Shown here: positions 20,456 through 31,309 of the stretch, one piece after another
Layout: each line of letters begins with the position of its first letter
How positions within the stretch are numbered: the stretch's first letter is position 1
Assembly: GCA_963733035.1 (NCBI GenBank)
Contig: CAVTBU010000008.1
Span: forward strand, 384,001-448,000
Direction: 5' to 3'
Source: Pirellulales bacterium
GTDB lineage: Bacteria; Planctomycetota; Planctomycetia; Pirellulales; PALSA-1355
DNA: 64,000 nucleotides
Position numbers and translations under genes: made by a program
Notes under the pieces: generated by a model
Databases searched by the model: none
Told to the model about the DNA's origin: nothing
The model's input: only the letters and a program-made list of their open reading frames with translations

Positions 20456-20890
20456 AAGGGGACAGGTTCCGAGGGAGATTGCTGTGGGGTTCAACTCGCG
20501 GTCACGCGGCGCCAAAATTGGGCCTCGATGCCGGTACTGCAATTCACCTGGCGGCGATGGTCAGCAAGGATGCCCACCGGGCGGCACGAGCGCCGGAGCC
20601 GACCTAGGCGCGATTTGCCAATCCAACCATATTATCGTTATCGACCACCCAACAGGGAAGCGCCAGCGACTGCGAATTGATTTCGGCCTGCCCCATTACC
20701 GCCTGCCTGTTTGGCTCCGCGCAAGCGACATTTACCCCGAAAAACTCGCCTCTCACGGACGCTGTCTTGCTTATTTATTCCACAACCGGCGGTAGGTCCG
20801 GCAAAATCGAAATGGATGTCCCCGCTTCGCGCTCTTCGCTAGGCCGAATTGGCACACCGCCGCCGCACGCTTTTCTCGTGAGATACCAAC

Positions 20891-22747
20891 ATGGCAGGTA
20901 AGCCCAACGATTCCGCGGATGCTGTATCTCACGAGGACAATTACGAGCGCGACGCCCATCAGTGGTTGGCGGATGTCTACCAGGGTGATTCGGTTCGACA
21001 ATTGTCGCCCCGGGCCATCGTCAGCGGCATGTTGATCGGCGGTGTCATGTCAATCTCGAACGTGTATGTCGGGCTAAAGACCGGCTGGGGTCTGGGTGTC
21101 ACGATCACGGCTTCGATAATCGCCTATGCGCTTTTTCGTACGCTGGAAGCGGTTTCGTCGCGGGTCCGCCGCGATCCGTTTACAATCCTCGAGAATTACA
21201 CGATGAGCAGCGCCGCCAGTGCGGCGGGCTACATGTCGACCTCGGGCTTGGTGTCGACCATACCGGCACTTTACATGACTACCGGCCGAGAACTTCTGTG
21301 GTGGGAAATGATGGTCTGGTTGGCGGCCATTTCGATGCTTGGTGTGTTCATGGCCATCCCGCTCAAGCGCCAACTCATCAATATCGACAAGCTGCCGTTC
21401 CCCACGGGCATTGCCACGGCGGAAACGCTAAAAAGTATCCACTCGACCGGCGCGGCGGCGCTATCAAAGGCTTACGCACTTCTTGGCGGTGGATTGCTTG
21501 GTGGCGGTGTCGCGTTGCTGCGCGGCGGATTTCATTTGATCCCGGACGAGATGCCGTTTCTGCCGGCGGCCGGCGCCCGCGCGCTGCTGCAAACCACTAG
21601 TTTCGGATTCGAAGGCTCGCTGGTGCTGGTCGCCGCAGGAGCCATCATCGGCATCCGCGTTGGCGTTTCTATGCTGATCGGAGCGATCGTATATTTTGGT
21701 GTAATTGGTCCGGAGCTCGTGGAGCGAGGTATTACCGATGAGGGCTACGGTATTGCCAAATGGACGCTTTGGCCTGCCACAGCCATGATGGTCACGTCAG
21801 GCCTGTTGGGTTTCGTGCTCCGCTGGCGAACCGTACTTCGTTCAATGGCGAGTATTTTTACAATTTTTAGTTGGCAAGAAAGCAGCGATCCGCTGGACCA
21901 CGTTGAAGTCCCCGGCAAATGGTTCGTGATTGGGACGCTTATTTCCGGCGCGGCCTGTGTTCTATTCGGCCACTACTTGTTCGATATCAACTGGTGGATG
22001 GGCACGCTAGCGGTCCTCACGACCTTCGTGCTGTCAATCGTCGCCGCCCGGGCCACCGGCGAAACCGACATCACACCGATCAGCGCCCTGGGAAAGATTA
22101 CGCAGCTCACTTATGGCGTGATTGCTCCCTCAAACATGACGACCAATCTGATGACGGCCTCGATCACAGCCGGTTCGTCGGCGCACGTGGCCGACTTGCT
22201 CACGGATCTGAAGTGCGGCTATTTACTGGGCGGCAATCCCCGCAAGCAAACGATCTCGCAGTTGTTGGGGGTTGTGGCGGGCACTTTGTTCTGCGTCCCG
22301 GCGTACATGTTGCTGGTGCCCGACCCAGCCAGGATCGGCGAGAATTTTCCCGCCCCCGCGGCGCGTGTATGGGCCAGCGTTGCCGAGATGTTGGCCAAAG
22401 GGTTGGACGCATTGCCGGCAGGCGCCTTGTGGGCAATGCTCGTTGGCGCTGGGATTGGCGTGGTGCTGACTTTGACCGAAGAGTGGGCGCCGCGAAAGTA
22501 CCGCCGCTTCATCCCCTCAGCCACGGGCCTGGGAATTGCGGGAATCATTCCAGCATTCAACTCCGTTTCCATGTTTCTGGGCGCATTTGCCGCTTGGCTC
22601 CTTGCAAAACGGCAAACGGCGCTTGCAGAGGCCTATACTATTCCCGTATCGTCCGGACTGATAGCTGGTGAATCGTTGATGGCCGTGGGAATCAACCTAT
22701 CTGATGCCGTATCAGGGATTGGCGATATGCTGAACTATCGCTCCTGA
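20891..22747 (+). CDS. OPT-family oligopeptide transporter
   Basis: YVGLKTGW, ILEN, LPFPTGIATA, DLLTDLKCGYLLG, FPAPAARVW, SGLIAGES. Confidence 0.9.
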   Translation: MAGKPNDSADAVSHEDNYERDAHQWLADVYQGDSVRQLSPRAIVSGMLIGGVMSISNVYVGLKTGWGLGVTITASIIAYALFRTLEAVSSRVRRDPFTILENYTMSSAASAAGYMSTSGLVSTIPALYMTTGRELLWWEMMVWLAAISMLGVFMAIPLKRQLINIDKLPFPTGIATAETLKSIHSTGAAALSKAYALLGGGLLGGGVALLRGGFHLIPDEMPFLPAAGARALLQTTSFGFEGSLVLVAAGAIIGIRVGVSMLIGAIVYFGVIGPELVERGITDEGYGIAKWTLWPATAMMVTSGLLGFVLRWRTVLRSMASIFTIFSWQESSDPLDHVEVPGKWFVIGTLISGAACVLFGHYLFDINWWMGTLAVLTTFVLSIVAARATGETDITPISALGKITQLTYGVIAPSNMTTNLMTASITAGSSAHVADLLTDLKCGYLLGGNPRKQTISQLLGVVAGTLFCVPAYMLLVPDPARIGENFPAPAARVWASVAEMLAKGLDALPAGALWAMLVGAGIGVVLTLTEEWAPRKYRRFIPSATGLGIAGIIPAFNSVSMFLGAFAAWLLAKRQTALAEAYTIPVSSGLIAGESLMAVGINLSDAVSGIGDMLNYRS

Positions 22748-22779
22748 AGTCTTGAAGAATCTAACCACGCAGCGAGACG

Positions 22780-23652
22780 ATGTCACAAACCAACCACCCT
22801 TCGCCTTGGATCGTCTCGGCCGATGATCAATCGTTCCAGCAGGTAGCCGTCGAGCGCTCGCGGCAAGTTCCGATCGTGATCGACTTCTGGGCCGAGTGGT
22901 GCCAGCCGTGTCGCTTGCTGGGGCCGATCCTCGAAAAACTCGCCGAGGAGTTTGCAGGCAAGTTCGTGTTGGTAAAGGTGGAAACGGAAAAAGCGCCGAA
23001 TATCGCAGCCGCGTTTGGCGTGCAATCGATTCCTGCCGTTTACGGCGTGCGCAACGGACAATTGCTTGACTTCTTTGTCGGCCTGCTACCCGAGGGGCAA
23101 ATACGTTCGTGGATCGAGCGGTTGCTGCCCAGCCCAGCGGAGCAACTCGTGGCCGAGGCCAAGACGCTGGAACAGTCAGATGCCGTAGCGGCCGAAACGA
23201 AGTACAAAGAAGCGGCAGCGGCCGATCCAAATTTGTCGCCAGCGAAAATCGGCTTGGCGGAACTGTTTGCCGCACAAGGTCGCATCGACGAAAGCAGCAA
23301 GATCATTAACGAACTCGAAGAACGAGGCTTCCTGGAACCGGAGGCCGAGAAACTCAAAGCCCGACTCCATCTGGCCGCCCAAGCGGACAAAGCAAGCAAC
23401 CTGGACCAACTGCAAGCGGCCGCGATCGCCAATCCCCATAACCTACAAGCCAAACTGGAGCTGGCCGAAGGTCTGGCCTCGGCGAAGCAATATCAATTGG
23501 CGCTCGAGACGGCGCTTTCCGTCGTACAGGCAGGCAAAAAAGAATTCGTCGAACCGGCACGCGAGCTGATGGTCGATCTATTCCGACTCCTGGAAGATCA
23601 GCCCGACCTGGTCACCGAATACCGCCGCAAGCTCTCTACGGCGCTTTATTGA
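22780..23652 (+). CDS. thioredoxin-TPR chaperedoxin (CnoX/YbbN family)
   Basis: DFWAEWCQPC, FGVQSIP, C-terminal YRRKLSTALY. Confidence 0.9.
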   Translation: MSQTNHPSPWIVSADDQSFQQVAVERSRQVPIVIDFWAEWCQPCRLLGPILEKLAEEFAGKFVLVKVETEKAPNIAAAFGVQSIPAVYGVRNGQLLDFFVGLLPEGQIRSWIERLLPSPAEQLVAEAKTLEQSDAVAAETKYKEAAAADPNLSPAKIGLAELFAAQGRIDESSKIINELEERGFLEPEAEKLKARLHLAAQADKASNLDQLQAAAIANPHNLQAKLELAEGLASAKQYQLALETALSVVQAGKKEFVEPARELMVDLFRLLEDQPDLVTEYRRKLSTALY

Positions 23653-23677
23653 GTGCGATGCGGGCGGCTCGCCTGTC

Positions 23678-24241
23678 CTAGTCACCATGCTTTTCGCGCA
23701 GCCGAGCGCTGGTACGCAGAATCAATTGCGCACGCTCGAAAATGTCAAGCCAATCTTGGATAACCGCCTCCGTAAGCGCCTGCGGCGGTGCTCCCAAGCC
23801 GGACGGGCAAGTTGGCCCAAGTTGGTCGGTGGCAATTTGCCGGTACTTGGAAAGCGTGCGATCACCAAACCGGGCAACTTCAAAGTCGTCTTCGCTCAAA
23901 AACACGACCGCCGGTACGCGGGCACCCCCGCAAATCCTCAGCTCCGCGGCCAACTGGGGATGAGCATCGCGGTCGAAGTAGCGAACGGAAATCCGGGAAC
24001 TCGCTCGCTCAAAGTGATCAAACATTGGGCACTGATTGACGCAATCGCCGCACCAGGCTCCGGCCAGACACATCACTTTCATTTCGCGCTCGAAGCCTTC
24101 GAGCATGGCGATCTGTTTGTGTGTGAGCTGCACGCGGCCATGGAAATCCGCCCAGCGGCGGCGATGCTCGTCGGTGCCGTGTTTCGTCAGAAAGTCGTCA
24201 TAGGACAACCCTTCGGCGAACTTGGCAGCGAATTCGTACAT
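23678..24241 (-). CDS. thioredoxin-family protein
   Basis: GAWCGDC, GARVP, FGDRTLSKY. Confidence 0.85.
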   Translation of the reverse strand: MYEFAAKFAEGLSYDDFLTKHGTDEHRRRWADFHGRVQLTHKQIAMLEGFEREMKVMCLAGAWCGDCVNQCPMFDHFERASSRISVRYFDRDAHPQLAAELRICGGARVPAVVFLSEDDFEVARFGDRTLSKYRQIATDQLGPTCPSGLGAPPQALTEAVIQDWLDIFERAQLILRTSARLREKHGD

Positions 24242-24295
24242 GGAGTATCCTCTGCAACGATGTGACGAGTCTTAGGCGGCGCGACGGATTGCGCG

Positions 24296-24892
24296 CTAGG
24301 TCACGCGACGGGGCGTGTAGAAACGGCGAACGTCGACATGGGCCATGCCCGCCCGACGTGCCGCCTCCAGGCCCGGATCGGTATCTTCATACACCAAACA
24401 GAAGCGGGGTTCCACGCCCAATCGCCGCGCGGCCTCGAGAAACACGTCCGGATTTGGCTTGTGATGGTCGACTTCGTCGGCACTGACCACGGCATCGAAC
24501 CAGTCACGGATGGTCAAATGGTCGAGAATCTGCTCACAAATCTCACTTGTCGCCCCCGTGGCGACCGCCAGCGGCAAGCGACCGCGATGTTCTTGCGCCA
24601 CTTTGGTTACGGGTTCGACTGGCCTCACAAGATGCAGCGTTTCAGCGAACAAGGCTTCCTTTTCGATGCTTAGCTTCATGGCATCGATGTCGCGTCCTGC
24701 CTCGCCAATCAGCAAATCGGCCACTTTCTTGGTCGGCCAACCCCCCAAGGCATAAAAACGGTCTTCGCTCATTTCCAGGCCGTAACGTTCGAGAATAATG
24801 TGCCAAGCCTCGTAGTGCGATGGCATCGTATCCGCTAGTGTTCCGTCAAGGTCGAAAATGATGCCACGCACGTGATCCATATCGGGTTTCAA
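24296..24892 (-). CDS. HAD phosphatase (beta-PGM/YqaB-like)
   Basis: FDLDGTLADT, KPNPDVF, VYEDTDPG. Confidence 0.9.
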   Translation of the reverse strand: MKPDMDHVRGIIFDLDGTLADTMPSHYEAWHIILERYGLEMSEDRFYALGGWPTKKVADLLIGEAGRDIDAMKLSIEKEALFAETLHLVRPVEPVTKVAQEHRGRLPLAVATGATSEICEQILDHLTIRDWFDAVVSADEVDHHKPNPDVFLEAARRLGVEPRFCLVYEDTDPGLEAARRAGMAHVDVRRFYTPRRVT

Positions 24893-24904
24893 CTCAAGTT
24901 CTCC

Positions 24905-25561
24905 TCAACTCCGCCCGTTCCACTCGTTGTCGAACTGTTCGAGAAAGCGCTGCATGAATTCATGTCGTTCGTCTGCAATTATTCGACCTGCATCTGTGTT
25001 CATTCTCTCTTTGAGCAGCAAGAGTTTCTCGTAGAAGTGATTGATCGTCGTCGTCCGCTTACTCTTGTAGTCAGCAAACGTTGCATGCTCCTCGTGCGGT
25101 AGTTCGGGATCGTGTATCGGCTGCCCCGCATGACCACCATAAGCAAAGGTCCTCGCAATACCCACGGCGCCAATTGCATCCAGCCGATCGGCGTCCTGCA
25201 CGACGCGACCTTCTATCGTACGCATGGGCGTGGCCACTCTTGCGCCCTTGAACGACAACGTCGCAATGATCTCGCACACGTGTTCGACGGTTGGTCGATC
25301 AACCCCAAGAGCTTCGAGCCATTCGGCGGCGGCGCGCGGACCTGCCGAATCATCGCCGCCATGAAATTTCCAGTCGGCAATGTCGTGAAGCAAGGCGGCC
25401 AACTCGACCACAAACAAGTCAGCCCCCTCACGAGTGCCGATGGCCAGAGCAGTAGCGCGTACTCGAACGATGTGCCACCAGTCGTGCCCCGAACTGTCAT
25501 TGGCCAGACGTTGCCGGACATGTTCGGCAGTTCGCTCACGAATCGATTCTCGGGAAAGCAT
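24905..25561 (-). CDS. HD-domain phosphohydrolase
   Basis: GHDWWHI, ALLHDIAD, VQDADRLDAIGA, HFYEKLL. Confidence 0.9.
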   Translation of the reverse strand: MLSRESIRERTAEHVRQRLANDSSGHDWWHIVRVRATALAIGTREGADLFVVELAALLHDIADWKFHGGDDSAGPRAAAEWLEALGVDRPTVEHVCEIIATLSFKGARVATPMRTIEGRVVQDADRLDAIGAVGIARTFAYGGHAGQPIHDPELPHEEHATFADYKSKRTTTINHFYEKLLLLKERMNTDAGRIIADERHEFMQRFLEQFDNEWNGRS

Positions 25562-25617
25562 ATGTCCTCCTTAGAGGCACATTCTACGCCGCGAACAAGA
25601 AAGAGAAACGGCTAAAG

Positions 25618-26863
25618 CTAGGGCCGCGAGGACGGGGCGTTTGCGGCGGGAAACCGCAATGGAGTTGCTTGGATGCCTTCCCGAGCAAGCAGTTCATAGA
25701 GTTCCTGCAAATGGTGGCGGTCAGACGTTTCGACCGTGCACAGCACGTTAACGGCACCAATGTCGGGTCCGGCAAATGCGCGATCGTGGGTGATTTCCTG
25801 AATGCTCGCGCCGCTCTGTGCAATCAGTTGCGTGAGCCGCGCCAGCCCGCCCGGCCGATCCGCCACCACCGCGGTGAAACGACACAAGCGTCCGTCGGCC
25901 ACCAGGGCTTTTTCAATCACCCGTGTTAGAATCATCGGATCGACATTGCCACCGGAAAGGACCACGACCGTACGTCGGTCGCGGGTTTGTGGAAGCTTGC
26001 CGGCCATCAACGCCGCCAACGGAGCTGCCCCAGCCCCCTCTACGACGCTTTTTTCCAGCTCAACCAATCGCAGCATCGCCAGTGAAAGCTCTTCTTCGCT
26101 GACGGTAACGACGTCGTCGATTCGACTGCGAGCGATCTCGAAAGCCAAATCGCCGATTCGGCTCACCGCCAAACCGTCCGCAACGGTCGGCCGCACATCA
26201 ATCTTTGTCACACGTCCGGCCGCCAGCGAAACAGCGAAGCCGTTTGCACGCTCCGGCTCTACCCCGTAAATCTTCACGTGAGGCGCAACTTTTTACGGCC
26301 AGGGCTACCCCCGCCACGAGTCCGGCACCACCGATCGGCACCACGATCGCTTCAACGTCTGGCACCTGGTCAAGGATCTCCAGTCCCATCGTTCCTTGAC
26401 CCGCGATGATTGCAGGGTCATTGAAACCGTGAATGTAGGTCAGACCCGATTCGATGGCTAGCGCTTGGGCGTGATCAAATGCTTCGTGAAACGACTCGCC
26501 ATGCAACACGACTTGTGCCCCAAGTTTGCGGCACGTCGTCCGCTTGATCAGGGGAGCGAATTGCGGCATTACGACCGTGACGGGGATCGCCAACAGCTTG
26601 CCGTGATACGCCAGACCAAGCGCATGGTTACCGGCGGAGGCCGAGATCACACCGCGACGCCGTTGATCGTCGGACAGCATCAACATCGCGTTCCGCGCCC
26701 CGCGTTCCTTGAAGCTGCCAGTCCGCTGCAGGTAGTCCAGCTTGCAATAGGCGCGGCAACCGGCGATTTCGCTAAGCGGAATCGATTCCGGGCAGGGGGA
26801 CAGATAAATCCCCGAAGCAATTCGCGACTTGGCAGCGATCACGTCGTCGAGCGATAAACTCAT
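25618..26863 (-). CDS. ilvA: threonine ammonia-lyase with C-terminal ACT domain, frameshift near 26285
   Basis: TGSFKERGA, ASAGNH, GQGT, PIGGAGL; second frame HVKIYGVEP..TVADG..EGAGA..SGGNVD..DRPGGL. Confidence 0.9.
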
Positions 26864-26990
26864 TCGATTCTCTGGCAAACGGCGATATTGCCGCCGCGAT
26901 GACGGGCACCGTTGAACACTCAGGCAAACCCTATTGAGAGACCGACACGCCGTCGTAACGCGGGTTCGTGTCTCGAAGGCCGGCCGCAAA

Positions 26991-27728
26991 CTAGTCCGAC
27001 GGAAATGGCACGGACTCGCCGTTCAACTCGGCCAGCGCATTACGGGCCGCTCGTTGCTCGGCTTCCTTCTTGTTGCGGCCCCAGGCACCATGGTATTGGG
27101 TACCGCCAATCTGTGCGGAGATCTTAAAGCACTTACTGTGGTCGGGGCCCTTCTCGTCAAGCAACTGGTAGGTGGGCGTCGACCCGTTCTCGCGTTGGGC
27201 CAATTGCTGCAAAAGCGACTTGTAATTGCCACCCAGTTCACCGGCGGCGGCCAGCTCAATTTCCGGGCCGATGTACCGCTGAATAAACTCCCGTACGGCG
27301 GTATCCCCGCCGTCAAGGTAAATCGCCGCAGCTAACGACTCAAAGACGTCGGCCAACAGCGAGGGCGGGACATTTGGGTGCGTCGCCATCCCCTTACCCA
27401 GGATGAGAAACTCCTGCAATCCCAGGGCCTCACTGATCTTGGCACAAGTCTGGCGGCTCACGACGACCGACTTAATCTTGGTCAAATCGCCTTCGAGGTA
27501 GTCGGGATACTGGACAAACAGCAACTCGCAAACGACAGCACCGAGTATCGCATCTCCCAGGAACTCGAGCCGTTCGTTGCTGGCAAGCCGATGTTGAGCC
27601 CCAGAGGCGTGGGTCAAGGCCGCACTCAGCAGGGCCTTGTCGCTAAAGACATAGCCAATCCGCCGCTCGCACCGCTCTAGCTCGGCCAATTGAGCATCGC
27701 TGAGGGTGGAATGGACCGACTGTGCCAT
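26991..27728 (-). CDS. rnc: ribonuclease III
   Basis: NERLEFLGDAIL, ADVFESL, dsRBD YKSLLQQ..GRNKKEAEQRAA. Confidence 0.97.
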   Translation of the reverse strand: MAQSVHSTLSDAQLAELERCERRIGYVFSDKALLSAALTHASGAQHRLASNERLEFLGDAILGAVVCELLFVQYPDYLEGDLTKIKSVVVSRQTCAKISEALGLQEFLILGKGMATHPNVPPSLLADVFESLAAAIYLDGGDTAVREFIQRYIGPEIELAAAGELGGNYKSLLQQLAQRENGSTPTYQLLDEKGPDHSKCFKISAQIGGTQYHGAWGRNKKEAEQRAARNALAELNGESVPFPSD

Positions 27729-27884
27729 CGCAAATCAACCTTTACGAGGGGGATCGGGAAGTGTTAAAGTCTTACTACGTAAACCTATCTGCGGTATCGG
27801 CTTTTGTCAATCCTGACCGGATCCGCCCGAGTCCCGAACGACTCCTATTCGCCCTATTCGACATCCGGATATTTCGTGGCAAAG

Positions 27885-27944
27885 TTGGCAACGAGTTTGC
27901 CGGCCCGCTGATTCCCAGTGAACCTGCCCGCGGTAACCTACGTA
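27885..27944 (+). promoter_or_regulatory. candidate sigma54 and ECF promoters of degP
   Basis: TTGGCAACGAGTTTGC (GG-N10-GC, 27885-27900); GAAC-N17-CGTA (27920-27944). Confidence 0.5.
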
Positions 27945-28024
27945 GGTGACAGGAGAGAACTTTGCGTTCTTTTTGAGCAGAATCAACACAGCAGATTGCT
28001 TCCTTACTTCTCAAGGAGGACTCC

Positions 28025-29554
28025 ATGTCCAAGAGTAAATTTCATGGCTACCGGCTAGCCGCGGCCCTGGCCCTGATTGCGGCCGTCGGCTTGGGCGTTG
28101 CAATTGAGCGCAGCGGCGCGACGGGCAATGAACGGCACGAGGTCGATCCGACAACTCTTCGTCACGCCGAACAGCTATCCGCGGCCTTCCACAATGCCGC
28201 GGAGATTGCACTGCCGAGCGTCGTGACCATCCGCAGCAAAACCAAGGCTCAGCCCGTGGCCAGCCACCGCGGACAAACGCCCCAGGGGCCCCAGGGTGAA
28301 AACCCGTTTAAGGGCACGCCCTTCGAAGACTTTTTCAACGACCGCGGCTTTCAGTTCCACGGCCAGATGCCAAACATGCCCCGACGCGAAGGCATGGGAT
28401 CGGGCGTGATTATTGATTCGTCCGGCATTGTGTTGACCAACAACCACGTAGTCGAAGGCGCTGACGAAGTTACGGTTCACCTGGCGGACGGACGCGAGTT
28501 TGATGCAGAAGATATCAAGACCGATCCGGCGACGGATATGGCCGTCATCCGCATCAGCGGCGCTGGTGTGTTGCCTGCCGCCAAATTGGGCGACTCGGAC
28601 AAACTACAGATCGGCGACTGGGTAATCGCGATCGGCAGTCCCTTCGAACTCGATCAGACGGTTAGCGCCGGCATCATCAGCGGGCGCGGACGCGAGCTGA
28701 GTTCGATTCGCCGGGCCAAGTTCCTGCAAACCGACGCGGCCATTAACCCGGGCAACTCCGGCGGTCCGCTCGTAAACCTGCAGGGCGAAGTAATCGGCAT
28801 CAACACTGCGATAGCCACCAACAGCGGCAGCTTCAATGGCATCGGCTTTGCCGTGCCGTCAAATCTGGCGAAGTGGGTCACTGGCCACCTGATTTCGAGC
28901 GGAACCGTGAAACGGGCCTACCTGGGCGTAGGCATCAGTGAACTTACCGGTGATCTCGCCGAAAAGCTTGGTGCAACGGGCGAAGGCGTTTTGGTAACGC
29001 AAGTTCATCCCGGTACGCCCGCAGCCGAGGCCGGGTTCAAGGCTGGCGACGTAGTTACGGCTTTTGCCGGACAGCCAGTTAAGGGGCCGCGCGAACTGCA
29101 AGAAATGGTCGAACGTGTACCACTCGACTCGAAGCAGCAGGTCGACGTCGTCCGCAATGGCAAGCTCACTACGCTTACCGTCACGGCGAAAGCCTTGCCG
29201 GCCGAAGCGATGGAATCGGCAGCGCCCTCCCATTCGCTAGGACGTCAGCAGGCCGAATCTGGCAGCCACGTCGTCGACGAGATGGGGCTTGAGGTTTCAG
29301 ACTTGACCGCCGAGCAAGCCTCAACCATGAATCTCGATCACGGGGGCGTAATGATTACGAACGTCGATCCCAATAAACCGGCGTTCGAAGCCGGCTTGCG
29401 GCGCGGGATGGTCGTCCTGATGGTCGGCCAGGAGGAAGTCAAGGACGTCGCTTCGTTCAGGGAAGCCATGCAGGACCAGTCGATCAAAGATAAGGTTCTG
29501 CTCTACGTCCAGGTCCGGCCGGGCCAGAATGCCTTCGTGGTCGTCAAGGAATGA
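28025..29554 (+). CDS. degP: Do/DegQ-family serine protease, two PDZ domains
   Basis: GMGSGVII, TNNHVV, DMAV, QTDAAINPGNSGGPL. Confidence 0.92.
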   Translation: MSKSKFHGYRLAAALALIAAVGLGVAIERSGATGNERHEVDPTTLRHAEQLSAAFHNAAEIALPSVVTIRSKTKAQPVASHRGQTPQGPQGENPFKGTPFEDFFNDRGFQFHGQMPNMPRREGMGSGVIIDSSGIVLTNNHVVEGADEVTVHLADGREFDAEDIKTDPATDMAVIRISGAGVLPAAKLGDSDKLQIGDWVIAIGSPFELDQTVSAGIISGRGRELSSIRRAKFLQTDAAINPGNSGGPLVNLQGEVIGINTAIATNSGSFNGIGFAVPSNLAKWVTGHLISSGTVKRAYLGVGISELTGDLAEKLGATGEGVLVTQVHPGTPAAEAGFKAGDVVTAFAGQPVKGPRELQEMVERVPLDSKQQVDVVRNGKLTTLTVTAKALPAEAMESAAPSHSLGRQQAESGSHVVDEMGLEVSDLTAEQASTMNLDHGGVMITNVDPNKPAFEAGLRRGMVVLMVGQEEVKDVASFREAMQDQSIKDKVLLYVQVRPGQNAFVVVKE

Positions 29555-29590
29555 CAAAGCTTCGTCATTGAGAGAAACAGTCTCCTTCGA

Positions 29591-29621
29591 AGAGGGCGTC
29601 CCAGCTTGGGACGCCCTTTTT
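29591..29621 (+). terminator. intrinsic terminator after degP
   Basis: AGGGCGTCCCA-gct-TGGGACGCCCT followed by T-run. Confidence 0.85.
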
Positions 29622-29756
29622 CTTTATCGGGCCAGGATCGAGCCAATCTACGAGTTTGGGCAATTTTCCCCATCGCTGGCCACCTTGACAGGGTCTCGCA
29701 AGCCCCCAAGAATTCCGATAGGCATGCAAGATTCTTCTCTGACCTGAGAGTTCGCT

Positions 29757-31106
29757 ATGGCGACCCTATCACGCATCGCCATTGGCACGGTTCAGCGCGA
29801 GGCTGACGCGACGGCCATCAACTGGGCCTTGATGGAGCTTCTCAGCCGTCGCAATCTGCGGGTCCAAAGCTTCCTTTCACATGCCTACTTTTGTCCGCGC
29901 GATGGGGCAACCGCCATCACCGGTTTCCCAGCTCGACATCTCGACAGCTGGTTGATGTCACGCTCGGTATGCCAGGAGGTGTTCTTCCGGGGATGTGCCG
30001 GTTGCGACTTGGCCGTCGTCGAGGGTCAATTCCGTACAGAAATGGCGAGTTGTTCGGTTCGATCGTCCCACTTTGAGGCGCTTTGCGAGTGGCTCGACTT
30101 GCCACGGTTAGCCGTTGTTGACGCGCGATTGCTATCGCCCTGCCGAGTTCCGCAGCAACCCGACGGTCTCGATGGTGTCTTGTTCGATCGTGTGAGCGAC
30201 GCGGGAGAGCTGAGTCGACTTCAGACGCAATTCGAGGCGATTTGGAAAGTTCCCGTCCTGGGTTCGCTGGGCGAATTGAAAAACCTCCGCGGCGAGATAG
30301 CGCAAATCGAATGTGGACTGCAACCCAGCTTGACGCTGTGCCGATCACTAGGAGATGCACTGGAACAGAATTCTCGCATTGACGAGATGCTGGAACTGGC
30401 TGGTTCACGTCCCTGGGCGGCATTTGGCATGGGCTCTGAAGAAGCTCGTCCCCGCAAACCATGCTATTTGCGCGTGGCAGTGGCCTACGACGACGCGTTT
30501 CGTGGATACTTCCCTGATACGCTCGATCTGCTGGAGCGCCGAGGCGCGACGATTCTCGACTTCTCACCACTCCACGATGAACGGCTGCCATCACGCACCG
30601 ACATCGTCTATATCGGCTGCGGCCACCCAGAACGCTTCGCGCACGAACTATCGCAGAACGACTGCATGGTGTTGTCTTTGAAAAGCCATGTGTCGAGCGG
30701 TGGTCGCATTTATGCCGAGTGTGGCGGCTTGGCGTATCTATGCCAAGAACTCGAGTTACCCAGCGGCGAACGCTGGCCGATGACTGGCGTACTGCCGGCA
30801 ACAGCACGGTTCGATCCGACTCCCGAGTTACCGGCTCCTACGGAGGTTTGGCTGGCCGATGACAACTGGCTTGGCGAGGCTGGCCAACGATGGCGCGGCT
30901 ACCTCAGCCCGAGGTGGAGTATTTCTCCCGCGGAACATTTGCAACTGTGTGGCTGCGAGGTCGGACATGAATCCGACGTCGTCAAATGTCATCATGCAGT
31001 CGGCAGCCGCATGTATCTGAATCTCGCCGCACATAGCGAAATGCTCGATCATTTCTTTGCTCCCAGGCAACCCGTTTCCGCCACGATCGCGACGCCAACC
31101 AGCTAG
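29757..31106 (+). CDS. cobyrinate a,c-diamide synthase (CbiA/CobB)-like protein, degenerate
   Basis: RHLDSWLM, AVVEG, VAVAYDDAF..YFPD, FSPLHDE.LP, GCGHPE, IYAECGGLAYL; no GKT P-loop. Confidence 0.75.
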   Translation: MATLSRIAIGTVQREADATAINWALMELLSRRNLRVQSFLSHAYFCPRDGATAITGFPARHLDSWLMSRSVCQEVFFRGCAGCDLAVVEGQFRTEMASCSVRSSHFEALCEWLDLPRLAVVDARLLSPCRVPQQPDGLDGVLFDRVSDAGELSRLQTQFEAIWKVPVLGSLGELKNLRGEIAQIECGLQPSLTLCRSLGDALEQNSRIDEMLELAGSRPWAAFGMGSEEARPRKPCYLRVAVAYDDAFRGYFPDTLDLLERRGATILDFSPLHDERLPSRTDIVYIGCGHPERFAHELSQNDCMVLSLKSHVSSGGRIYAECGGLAYLCQELELPSGERWPMTGVLPATARFDPTPELPAPTEVWLADDNWLGEAGQRWRGYLSPRWSISPAEHLQLCGCEVGHESDVVKCHHAVGSRMYLNLAAHSEMLDHFFAPRQPVSATIATPTS

Positions 31107-31232
31107 CCAGTGTCACCGCGGCTGTCCGTGCGCCGCCAGTGGCAATGTAGCTATTCCGTTGCGCGGGGAAACGAATCTCCGTATTAGATCGCGATCGCTT
31201 CCGAACCGCGATGAATCGCGGGGCGTTTGGCT

Positions 31233-31261
31233 TTGACACGCTCCGGCAAGCGAACGATACT
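31233..31261 (+). promoter_or_regulatory. sigma70-type promoter of mgtE
   Basis: TTGACA-N17-GATACT, 48 nt before ATG 31310. Confidence 0.55.
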
Positions 31262-31309
31262 CACGGGTTCGATTCTTCGCCAGCGCTCACTCCGTTTGTC
31301 ATTTTCCCC

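Noticed and set aside
26270..26300. Programmed frameshifting in ilvA or the other split genes
   Set aside because: No shared slippery-site pattern and both indel directions occur; assembly error is simpler
31262..31285. GGGTTCGATTC, resembling a tRNA T-loop
   Set aside because: The T-stem does not pair and there is no cloverleaf; it lies in the mgtE leader
31107..31309. M-box riboswitch upstream of mgtE
   Set aside because: No recognisable consensus, and the candidate promoter leaves only a short leader of about 40 nt
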